Below are positions 52,838 to 60,869 of a stretch of 64,000 nt of DNA, piece by piece (the stretch's first letter is position 1; the number at the start of each line of letters is the position of its first letter). Both the position numbers and the translations under genes were made by a program. This DNA is from Verrucomicrobiota bacterium (GTDB lineage: Bacteria; Verrucomicrobiota; Verrucomicrobiia; Limisphaerales; UBA11358). The notes under the pieces were generated by a model that was given only the letters and a program-made list of their open reading frames with translations, was not told where the DNA came from and searched no databases. The stretch covers positions 5,731 through 69,730 of the forward strand of contig JBEKMW010000006.1 in NCBI GenBank assembly GCA_049523455.1, given 5' to 3'.

Positions 52838-54460
52838 ATGGTTCGAAAACCGACAAAGACCTTGGCCGACCATATGGTGATTGGCATCAGTCCGGTCTTG
52901 ATCATGTTGCTGGTGGGGAGCCTGAGTTTTTTTCTCATTGAGGCTCTTTATCGGGGCGCGGCGGTGGGCAGTGTCCGGTGGGTGCTGTTCTGGTTTGTCC
53001 TGGCGGTGGTGCTGGTGTCGCGCATTGGTATCGAGCAAGGCACTACCTACGCGGCGATTTATGGCTTGGCCTTGGCCGTCGCCACGTGGCTGTATCTGGT
53101 GTCCGTTCACCCGGCCGCGTTGGTGGGTGCCGTTTTGCTGGGAATTGTCTGGTGGAGCGCCCACAAGGTTACCTGGGATTGCACCTTGATTGACGACGCG
53201 GAGGATGCTTCCGGCAGCGGGCTGCTGCAAACCGCGGGCGAAATACGAAAGTTCGATTCCCTCTCTTCACCAAAGGAGGAGAAGGCAGGGATGAGGAAGC
53301 TGTTGCATCACCCCACCCCGGTCCCTCATGCGCCCGGCCTGTGGGTGGTCTATTTTTCCCTGGTGGCATTGCCGTTATTTGGAATCGGACAGATGCTGTT
53401 ACCAAGTGGTGACACCGTCTCGCGGCGAGCCGGTTTCGTTTTTCTGTTCGTCTATCTGGCCGCCGCAGTGGGGCTGCTGCTGACCACGAGTTTTTTGGGT
53501 TTGCGACGCTACCTGCGTCAACGCTATTTGCCGATGCCCGGTGTCATTGCCTTCGGCTGGCTCAAATTCGGTGCCGGGGTCGCCGTCGTCGTGTTTCTCG
53601 CCTCGCTGCTGTTGCCGCGTCCGGGTGTGAACGACGCCTGGGCGACACTGCACTATCAGATTGATTACCGGCTGCGCCAGGCCAGTGACTACGCCATGCG
53701 CTTGGGACCCCACGGATCCGGCCAGGGGCGCGCAGGCCATGAACCGCAGCATGCGGACGGCTCGACGGGTCCCGCCGCTGCGCCTTCAGAAAATGAAAAG
53801 CCCGCCGCCGGTAGCGAACAACCACCCAGCCAGTCGCAGGCGAACGGGAGCCAGCCGGCGCAACCGCAGACTGCTCCGCCGGAAGTTCTCCCTCCCGGCG
53901 CCGGCCCCATGGGCGACCAATTATATGTGTGGTTTCGGAATTTGCTGATTTTGGCGGGCATCATCCTGGCCGGTGTGTGGCTGTTTAAGCGGCGTCATCT
54001 GCTGCTGGAAATGGCGCGGTCGCTCATCGCGGCGCTGACGCAATTCTTTCGGGACCTGTTCGATTTGGGCCTGCGATTGAAGAAGACCGCCGCGAAGAAA
54101 GAGCCGTCCAGCCCGGCCCCGCATCCTTTTGCCGCGTACACCAGCCCTTTCCTGACCGGCAAAGACAAATCGTGGACGGTCGAAGAGGTGGTCCTCTACA
54201 GTTACGAAGCGTTGCAAGCCTGGGCCGTGGAACAAGGAATCCAATCCCAACCCGAGCAGACCGCCCGGGAATTCTGTCTGCGGCTGGGCCAAGCCTTTCC
54301 CGACGCGGCCACCGAGTTGGACCGCCTGGCGTTCCTGTATGGCCATGCGGCTTACGGCTTTGCCGTACCCGCCGGTTGCGACTTGGAGCCGGTCAGAAAA
54401 CTCTGGCACTACCTATCCGCGACGGCGACCGGTGACAACGCCGCGTTTTCGTCAGGCTGA
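52838..54460 (+). CDS. polytopic membrane protein with DUF4129-like C-terminus
   Basis: Likely start ATG 52838, 3 nt after the DUF58 stop. Multiple TM helices and a Pro/Gln-rich linker. C-terminal EQTAREFCLRLGQAFPDAATELDRLAFLYGHAAYG is the DUF4129 pattern. Confidence 0.6.
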   Translation: MVRKPTKTLADHMVIGISPVLIMLLVGSLSFFLIEALYRGAAVGSVRWVLFWFVLAVVLVSRIGIEQGTTYAAIYGLALAVATWLYLVSVHPAALVGAVLLGIVWWSAHKVTWDCTLIDDAEDASGSGLLQTAGEIRKFDSLSSPKEEKAGMRKLLHHPTPVPHAPGLWVVYFSLVALPLFGIGQMLLPSGDTVSRRAGFVFLFVYLAAAVGLLLTTSFLGLRRYLRQRYLPMPGVIAFGWLKFGAGVAVVVFLASLLLPRPGVNDAWATLHYQIDYRLRQASDYAMRLGPHGSGQGRAGHEPQHADGSTGPAAAPSENEKPAAGSEQPPSQSQANGSQPAQPQTAPPEVLPPGAGPMGDQLYVWFRNLLILAGIILAGVWLFKRRHLLLEMARSLIAALTQFFRDLFDLGLRLKKTAAKKEPSSPAPHPFAAYTSPFLTGKDKSWTVEEVVLYSYEALQAWAVEQGIQSQPEQTAREFCLRLGQAFPDAATELDRLAFLYGHAAYGFAVPAGCDLEPVRKLWHYLSATATGDNAAFSSG

Positions 54461-54478
54461 CGAAACCGTTGCGCCGGA

Positions 54479-54805
54479 TCACCTCAAGGTCAAATGAACC
54501 ACTTGGACCAGCGGCAAATAGGCGGCTATCATTGTTGGTAGTGACAACAGGACCAATACGCTCATGGTGGTCGCAAAGAAGACCACCCACGATGGTGATC
54601 GCTCTGTCTTAAGAAACAAAATCGCGAGACAATATGCCGCCGCCAAAACCGGCAGGACAATCATCACTGGCCGGAGTGCGATGCACAACAGAGTGAAACC
54701 CGGCATTGGATGGCCGGTGGGCGGCACCAGCTTGAGGATGACCCAGAGAAACCAACAGGCGATGCTGAAGACCGCCAGGATCAATAAGTGCGCTAACTTT
54801 TTCAT
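54479..54805 (-). CDS. hypothetical small membrane protein (4 TM)
   Basis: 108-aa ORF, strongly hydrophobic, no recognisable motif. Confidence 0.4.
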   Translation of the reverse strand: MKKLAHLLILAVFSIACWFLWVILKLVPPTGHPMPGFTLLCIALRPVMIVLPVLAAAYCLAILFLKTERSPSWVVFFATTMSVLVLLSLPTMIAAYLPLVQVVHLTLR

Positions 54806-54885
54806 GGTTTTCCTTTTTGTTCGTGGTTTGATTTGCCGATAATCTCCGCAGCTCTCGGGTCAGAATATCTTCCGAACAGCGGAAA

Positions 54886-55308
54886 TCAACAATGGAATCT
54901 CATAAAATCGTCGAACTCGCTGTAAAAGACGAGGGACGCCAGAATTATGGCGATGCCGGCGGCGAACAGGACGGCGCCAAAAATCGCACAGGATAGCAAC
55001 GTGAGAACCAGCGTTCGTGCCGGACCGGTGGTTTGCGGATGCCAGGAACTGCGATACAAAATGGCAAAGGTCAATAAAATCGGAACGAGCGCCTCAAGCA
55101 TCAACCCAGCCCACCAGATATGGAGCGGCGCCACGGCATATCTGGACACGCAACAACTGGACACCCAGGCAATGAAGCACGCAACTGAGGATGCTAAGAT
55201 GGGCGAATGAACCTCGAACGGTCGGTCGCCGCGAATCGTCTCCCCTAACCGGCTTGCGAGCGCCGCCAATTGCCGAGCAATGCGCCTCATACACTCAATA
55301 GACACCAA
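54886..55308 (-). CDS. hypothetical membrane protein
   Basis: 140-aa ORF with 3-4 hydrophobic helices, no recognisable motif. Confidence 0.4.
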   Translation of the reverse strand: MVSIECMRRIARQLAALASRLGETIRGDRPFEVHSPILASSVACFIAWVSSCCVSRYAVAPLHIWWAGLMLEALVPILLTFAILYRSSWHPQTTGPARTLVLTLLSCAIFGAVLFAAGIAIILASLVFYSEFDDFMRFHC

Positions 55309-55373
55309 CCGCTCCCCTAATTGTATATCGCAACCGAAGAATTTTCAATGATTTTTCCAAGCGGTAGACAGGT

Positions 55374-55754
55374 TCAATGCAACATCCGTCTTTGAGCACG
55401 GGTTAACGTGCCCATCCACATGCGCGGTGTTTGTATCGCAATGCCGAAGGGTTTCTCCAATACGGTCAAGTCCCGGTCGCGTGCGATGACCGTGCGTGCT
55501 CCCGCTGCCAAGGCGGCCTCAATGAATTTGTCATCCTTGGGATCGCGGCAAAATGTTTGTTCCAAGGTTATCGGCGTCACCCACAAGGCAGACGTTTTCA
55601 GCGTATCCAGCCAAATCTGAGTGTCCGTCGTGAAACGCTGTTCCTCCTTCACCCGTTTGAGCACCGCCTTGTATTCGGAAAAGATCGCTTCGCTGATGAC
55701 CGGCAGCACGAGGCCCTGGAGCCAGGCTCTCACCGTAAATCCGGGTGGCGTCAA
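55374..55754 (-). pseudogene. PIN-family toxin, N-terminally truncated
   Basis: ...ISEAIFSEYKAVLKR..., CRDPKDDKFIEAALAAGARTVIARDRDL is the TIGR00305-type PIN pattern. The first DTN acidic strand is missing: the in-frame stop at 55779-55781 is the stop of the upstream gene, and only a TTG start is available. Confidence 0.55.
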
Positions 55755-55778
55755 GGAATTTGCGACATGGTTCCGCGT

Positions 55779-56924
55779 TCAGCGCCGCTCACCGCGCGAC
55801 ACTTGGAGCGAGAGATACCATGGAACGGCGGTCAGCCCGCTCCAGCTATCCGGCTTGAGCGAGTCCTCAAAATGCTTTTGGATTTCCACGTTGTAAGGCG
55901 CCAGCGCCGGCCAGTCGCGCTTCTCGGCCAGCGCGGTGGCGATGAGCCGGTCCACGTCTGGTTTGGTGAAAACGACGTGGTGCTCGTAGGCGTCCACGAT
56001 GGCGAACGTGTCAATTTCGTAATAGCCGCCATTGGGATGGACGCCTATCCAATGCTTTGGCGCGCCGTTGGTCAGGTAATCCCATTGCCCCGCCGGTTGC
56101 CAGTAGTTCCAGATGCGGTATGTGCCGTTGGTTTGAATCGTCATCCGCAATTTCATGAGGGTGAACCATTTGGCCGCGCGTTCCTTGTAAAAGGATTTGC
56201 CTGTGGCGTCGGACATGGCGAGCAGCCAGCGGGCAACCAGATTGGCCTTGTTGTCCGGATGCGAAAAACTGATGCCCGGGTCCTTGCGATGGTTGTAACC
56301 CTCGGTCCAATGGCCCGCTTCGATGCCGTAAGGTTCAACGATGGAGATCATTCCGCCGCCGGCAGTCTCGCGCCAGACACCGCGGCGGTCCCATTTCTCG
56401 TACGTTTGCTCCGCGAGCTTGAGATAACTTTTGGCCTTGTCGCCGTATTTGGGCCGGAGCGCAGGCGTGCGTAGGATTTCGCGCGACATCAGGACGACCG
56501 GCCGCAACGCCACCGCCTCGCCCAACAAGCTGTCGGCGTTGTAACTGTTCAGCTCGTCCACCTCGGTGCCGGCGGCATTCGTCTTGGGCCAGCCGATAAA
56601 ACCATCGGGCTCCTTGACGCCGCGCTTGACCCACGAATCCGTCCAGTCAACGAGCTGATCTACCCATTGGGGATCCTTGGTGGCCAGATAGCCGTGATAA
56701 TAACCGTCCAAATAGGGGCCCACCAGCCAGGCCAGTTCCTCTCCGTTTTCCTTGTCGCAATACCGATTGCGGGAATCAACAGTGACGTATCCCTGCCACC
56801 GGGTCAACCAGTCCTGGAACTTTGCGTCGTCCATTCGGATCAGGGTGGAATCCTGTGCCGTGGTTCGCACCGCGAGGGCGGCGAGGAACATCAAGCTGGC
56901 GATCAAAACGCGTAATGGTTTCAT
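55779..56924 (-). CDS. secreted hypothetical protein (Trp/Tyr-rich; possible carbohydrate-active fold)
   Basis: Signal peptide MKPLRVLIASLMFLAALAVRTTA. 381 aa, no motif I can name. Confidence 0.55.
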   Translation of the reverse strand: MKPLRVLIASLMFLAALAVRTTAQDSTLIRMDDAKFQDWLTRWQGYVTVDSRNRYCDKENGEELAWLVGPYLDGYYHGYLATKDPQWVDQLVDWTDSWVKRGVKEPDGFIGWPKTNAAGTEVDELNSYNADSLLGEAVALRPVVLMSREILRTPALRPKYGDKAKSYLKLAEQTYEKWDRRGVWRETAGGGMISIVEPYGIEAGHWTEGYNHRKDPGISFSHPDNKANLVARWLLAMSDATGKSFYKERAAKWFTLMKLRMTIQTNGTYRIWNYWQPAGQWDYLTNGAPKHWIGVHPNGGYYEIDTFAIVDAYEHHVVFTKPDVDRLIATALAEKRDWPALAPYNVEIQKHFEDSLKPDSWSGLTAVPWYLSLQVSRGERR

Positions 56925-56967
56925 GAATGGTGAGGGTTCAAGGGGCGTGATCCGGTTCTTGTCTTCT

Positions 56968-57058
56968 CCCTCTCCTCGCTAAACGAGGAGAGGGTAGGGG
57001 TGAGGAGCTCGTTTCGAAATCTCCCACCCCATCCCTCCCCGCTCAGCCGGGGCGAGGG
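56968..57058. repeat. GC-rich hairpins of the CCCTCTCC...GGAGAGGG family
   Basis: CCCTCTCCTCG-CTAAA-CGAGGAGAGGG (56968-56994), plus the imperfect CCCTCCCCG...CGGGGCGAGGG (57033-57058). Related to 3253-3284. Confidence 0.6.
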
Positions 57059-57090
57059 AGTCAAGAACGAGGTCAAGATGCGCCCAGGGT

Positions 57091-57624
57091 TCAAAATTGG
57101 TCTTCCTTTTCCTTGAACAGAATGTTGAACGTGGTCAGGGAGCCGTAGCTGCGCGTGATGTATTGCTGCATCTCCACTTTTTCGGCGTCGCTGAGCTTTT
57201 CGTGGGCGTTGATCTTCTGTTCCAGCACCCGCAGATTGTTGCGAACCATCACGATTTTGTGAAAGAACACCTCCAGCGGCACCTCCTTGCCCTGGAGCGC
57301 CGGGTCGGACGGATGCATCACCAGCCGGCCACCGTGCCAGCGGACACCGAGCTTTTCCACCACCGCGTCGGGTTTTTCCAGGCCGAGCCTGGCGAGCGCC
57401 GCGTCCAATGTTTGGGCGATGAACTGTTTGAGCGGCACATTGAGACTGCCTACCGCCGCCTGCGGTTCGGCTGGTTCGAGACCGGCGGCTTCCGGCGCGA
57501 CGGTCCGTCTATTGCCGTCGTCAAACTGAACCTCCGCGGTGGCTTCGCCAATCGTCTTGACCGTGCCCGTGCCGTGCTGCGGATGACGCACCTTCATGCC
57601 CACGTGGAGCGATTCGATTTTCAT
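57091..57624 (-). CDS. hypothetical protein with N-terminal small beta-barrel (UvrD/PcrA C-terminal Tudor-like motif)
   Basis: Likely start ATG 57624: [42 protein letters not shown]. The C-terminal half is helical ([27 protein letters not shown]). Confidence 0.5.
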   Translation of the reverse strand: MKIESLHVGMKVRHPQHGTGTVKTIGEATAEVQFDDGNRRTVAPEAAGLEPAEPQAAVGSLNVPLKQFIAQTLDAALARLGLEKPDAVVEKLGVRWHGGRLVMHPSDPALQGKEVPLEVFFHKIVMVRNNLRVLEQKINAHEKLSDAEKVEMQQYITRSYGSLTTFNILFKEKEDQF

Positions 57625-57711
57625 AGGAGGATTGTAATCGCGGATGGACACGGATGGACACAGATTTTTGAACGCAAGGACGCAGCGTGGCGAAGCAGCA
57701 ACCAACGGAGC

Positions 57712-58000
57712 GCGGGTTGCCTCAACCCGCAGCACTTGCAAACGCGGTCAGTCGTGTTATTACGTCAAATGTGCCGTCGGTCGTGCTGCGGCTTGAGACA
57801 ATCCGCGTTCCCGGAGCGCGAGTTGCGTGCCGCGCCATAGCCTCTGGGCGACGGCTGGTCTCAACTCGCAGCATGCCCGAATGCTGTCACCCCGTGGATT
57901 TGCTGGCGGTTGGCGCTCCGCAAGCGTGGAACAAGTGGGTCTCCCGATTCCAACACCGGTTTGGCTGCCGACGCGCTGCGGATTGGGACAATCCGCGCTC
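57712..58000. repeat. three related REP-like hairpins
   Basis: GCGGGTTG-CCT-CAACCCGC (57712-57730), GCTGCGGCTTGAGACAATCCGCGTTC (57785-57810), GCTGCGGATTGGGACAATCCGCGCTC (57975-58000). Confidence 0.65.
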
Positions 58001-59876
58001 GTGTGCTTGGCAGGTCTGATGAACTATCGGGATGAAAGGAGCCCGACAGGAGCGATGACGCAAACTGTAGCGGAAGGTTAGGCCGAAGCCGTAAGGCGCA
58101 GGCTGAAAGAACCGGAAGCGAACTCTTGGCCGTAGGAACACGAACGGGTAGTGAGGCCGGATGCAGGCGGCAAGCTGACTAGCGACAGCGAAGCCCAAAA
58201 GGTCATCAAGCTGCATCAGGTAGAACCCGACGGCGTGAGAGGACAGTCATCAGACTGACCCAAGGAGACCCTTGGACTGAGAAGGCCAAGGGAGTCAGCA
58301 GAGGCCATAGTAGCGAAAGAAGCTTCGCGAAAGCGGAGCCGAGCCAAGGGCCGAAGAACGAAGGAACAAAGCTAGACAGTAATCTGGCAGGCGAGGGAAG
58401 GGTCCGAAACGGCGGGCGGCGACAACTGCGGTCACCCAGCCCGGACCGGCCAACTGACGGAGAAGCGGTGAAGCCGCGGCGAACGTCAGGAGCGGAGCAC
58501 CGACGGAAGCCGGCTGCGAAAACTGCGAAAGAAAGCGATGTACGAGAACCTGATGGAACAAGTGGTCAGCCGCGAAAACGCCACCGCCGCCTGGCTGGCG
58601 GTCAAACGCAACAGAGGGGCGGCAGGCATAGACCGGATGACCACCGGAGAACTGCGCGAGCATATTCGAGCGCATTGGGAAAACATCCAAGCCAAGCTGC
58701 TGGCCGGGACGTATGTGCCCAGCCCGGTGCGGCGAGTGGAGATACCCAAACCCAACGGAGGGGCACGGATGCTGGGCATTCCGACGGTGCAGGATCGGTG
58801 GATACAGCAAATGCTCTTGCAGGCGCTGCAACCCATATTCGACCCGGCCTTCAGCGAGCACAGCTACGGATTCCGACCGGGCAGGGGGGCGCAGGACGCG
58901 GTACGCGCGGCACAGAACCACATCAAGGAAGGCAAAGACTGGGTGGTGGACATGGACATCACCAAGTTCTTTGACCGGGTGAACCACGACATCCTAATGA
59001 ACCGCATCGGCCAAACGATACGGGACAAGAGAGTGTTGAGGCTCATCGGCAACTACCTGCGAGCCGGAGCGATGATTGAAGGAGTAGTAGTGGCCAGCGA
59101 AGAAGGCACTCCACAAGGAGGGCCGCTCTCGCCGTTGCTGGCCAACCTCTATCTGGATGCGCTGGACAGGGAACTGGAAGGGCGCGGACTGGCATTCAGC
59201 CGCTACGCCGACGACTGCAACATCTATGTGGGCAGCCGCCGTGCCGCGGAACGGGTGCTGGAGAACATCACACAATGGATCAAAGGAGAACTGCGATTGG
59301 AAGTCAACGCGAACAAGAGTGGAGTGGGGCGGCCTTGGGAACGGAAATTCCTTGGGTTTCGCATCAACCGGGAAGGCCGGATTGAGGCAGCCCCGCAAAG
59401 TGTGGAGCGAATGAAAGACAAAGTGAGGGAAATGTGGCGAAGCTGCCAGAGTCTGAACAGTGCGCAACTGCGCGACCGCTGGCGCGCCTATATCCGAGGC
59501 TGGTGGGCCTATTACGGTCTGGCCGAGGAATGCCGCAACCTCTTCGACATCGAGTCATGGATTCGACGCCACATCCGCTGTTGCTTCTGGCAACGATGGC
59601 ACAGCAGTCGCGGACGACTGCGCCACCTGCGTCAGTTGGGCATTCGGCGCCGACTGTTACAAGCGGCTCGCAGCTCCAAAGGGGCATGGGCAATGGCGAG
59701 GAATGGAGTGATGCACAAAGCACTGAACAACCAAACGCTCAAACGGTACGGGTTCGTGATGCCATCAGACCTTGCGGTCGCAGTATGACCGCTGCGTTCA
59801 ACCGCCGTATGCGGAAAACCACACGTACGGTGGTGTGGGAGGGTGCCGGGGCCCAATCCTCGTCACCCGACCCAAT
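58001..59876 (+). mobile_element. group II intron, probably bacterial class C (IIC), with intact IEP
   Basis: 5' end GTGTGC. Domain V-like CCGCCGTATGCGG-AAAA-CCACACGTACGGTGG (59801-59836). Domain VI-like helix with bulged A at 59870. The RT/maturase ORF lies in domain IV. The 3' boundary is uncertain by a few nt (59876-59879). Confidence 0.85.
58538..59788 (+). CDS. group II intron reverse transcriptase/maturase
   Basis: AAGIDRMT, IPKPNGGARMLGIPTVQDR, GFRPGRGAQDA, PQGGPLSPLLANLYL, FSRYADDCNIY, and maturase-like RKFLGFRI...YIRGWWAYYG. No HNH endonuclease tail. Confidence 0.95.
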   Translation: MYENLMEQVVSRENATAAWLAVKRNRGAAGIDRMTTGELREHIRAHWENIQAKLLAGTYVPSPVRRVEIPKPNGGARMLGIPTVQDRWIQQMLLQALQPIFDPAFSEHSYGFRPGRGAQDAVRAAQNHIKEGKDWVVDMDITKFFDRVNHDILMNRIGQTIRDKRVLRLIGNYLRAGAMIEGVVVASEEGTPQGGPLSPLLANLYLDALDRELEGRGLAFSRYADDCNIYVGSRRAAERVLENITQWIKGELRLEVNANKSGVGRPWERKFLGFRINREGRIEAAPQSVERMKDKVREMWRSCQSLNSAQLRDRWRAYIRGWWAYYGLAEECRNLFDIESWIRRHIRCCFWQRWHSSRGRLRHLRQLGIRRRLLQAARSSKGAWAMARNGVMHKALNNQTLKRYGFVMPSDLAVAV

Positions 59877-59984
59877 CACCGCAAATTAGGTCACTACCGA
59901 ACGTCTGCCACTGCCCGGATTTCGGTGGGGCGCGTCACTCCGTGCGCGCCGTTGCCCCGTCTTGGCGGCCGGCAGGTCCCGCGC

Positions 59985-60653
59985 CTACGGAATCACCAGA
60001 CGAAATGTTGAAACGCTGGTGCCGTTCGTCGCATTGACGGCCGCTGCATCTAAGCCCGCAGTCGTCATTTGCTGTACTGAACCATCCGCCATGCTGATGT
60101 TGCTGACGCGTCCGTGAATTTCATCCGTCCATCCCAGCGAATTGGTGCTGGAAACGGTCACAATGCCCGGCTTGACCGGAACGCCATCGAGCGTCAGATT
60201 CCGGTCGCCATCCATAATCATGTTCGGAAAATTCTCGGAGGCGTCCGGGTTGAGGAAGTAGCTGATGTTCGCGTCGCCAAATCCGGTGGCAAAACTCGTT
60301 GCTTGAACGCGCTTGATATCCGCCGGGCAATGGAGAACCTTCGGCGTACCCAGTTCATTGGACATGGTCTGCCACAAGAGATAGGCGTTACCGTTCCCAA
60401 CTAGTCTCATTGTCTCGTTGTTGGTCAGGATCATCGTCATTGGATATTTGTCACCGTTATCTCCCTCCCAAACCCTAAAGGCCGTGGTGATTTCATGAAG
60501 GTTGTTGACGCAATTGATTCTGGCGTTTTTTCGCTTTGCCGCAGAAAGTGCGGGCAAAAGCATCGCAGCTAGAACGGCCATTGCTACCAGTACGACCAAT
60601 AATTCAAGACTATTGAAGGCTTGGATGCGGCCTTTGTTCGATCGGGTTTTCAT
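59985..60653 (-). CDS. prepilin-type N-terminal cleavage/methylation domain protein of the H-X9-DG family
   Basis: MKTRSNKGRIQA/FNSLELLVVLVAMAVLAAMLLPAL, VLHCPAD, C-terminal HGRVSNISMADGSV (H-x9-DG). Confidence 0.85.
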   Translation of the reverse strand: MKTRSNKGRIQAFNSLELLVVLVAMAVLAAMLLPALSAAKRKNARINCVNNLHEITTAFRVWEGDNGDKYPMTMILTNNETMRLVGNGNAYLLWQTMSNELGTPKVLHCPADIKRVQATSFATGFGDANISYFLNPDASENFPNMIMDGDRNLTLDGVPVKPGIVTVSSTNSLGWTDEIHGRVSNISMADGSVQQMTTAGLDAAAVNATNGTSVSTFRLVIP

Positions 60654-60672
60654 AAGGCGGGTTTAAACATAA

Positions 60673-60687
60673 GCATGGCCAATGCCA
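60673..60687 (-). promoter_or_regulatory. -24/-12 (sigma-54-type) promoter motif
   Basis: Minus strand TGGCAT-TGGCC-ATGC, with GG and GC spaced exactly as in TGGCAC-N5-TTGC. The GC lies 19 nt upstream of the ATG. Confidence 0.4.
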
Positions 60688-60869
60688 AGCGGTTTTGTGC
60701 GGGATTTTGCGCTGGGGCGTGGCGGGCGCGCAACATTTTCACGCAAAACCGCGTGAAAATTTTCCGCCCGGCGACGTAGCGGCGTCTTGGCAGAGCGCCG
60801 CCAATTCTGAAGATGGAAGAGTGCTGCTTTCTGCCGAAAGCCGCTACGATTGGTTGGCAAGTCCCGCGA

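Noticed and set aside
58538-59788. RT considered as a retron or diversity-generating retroelement
   Set aside because: The ORF has a maturase-type C-terminus and is embedded between a GUGYG 5' end and domain V/VI-like structures. No TR/VR repeat pair or msr/msd-like inverted repeats were seen.
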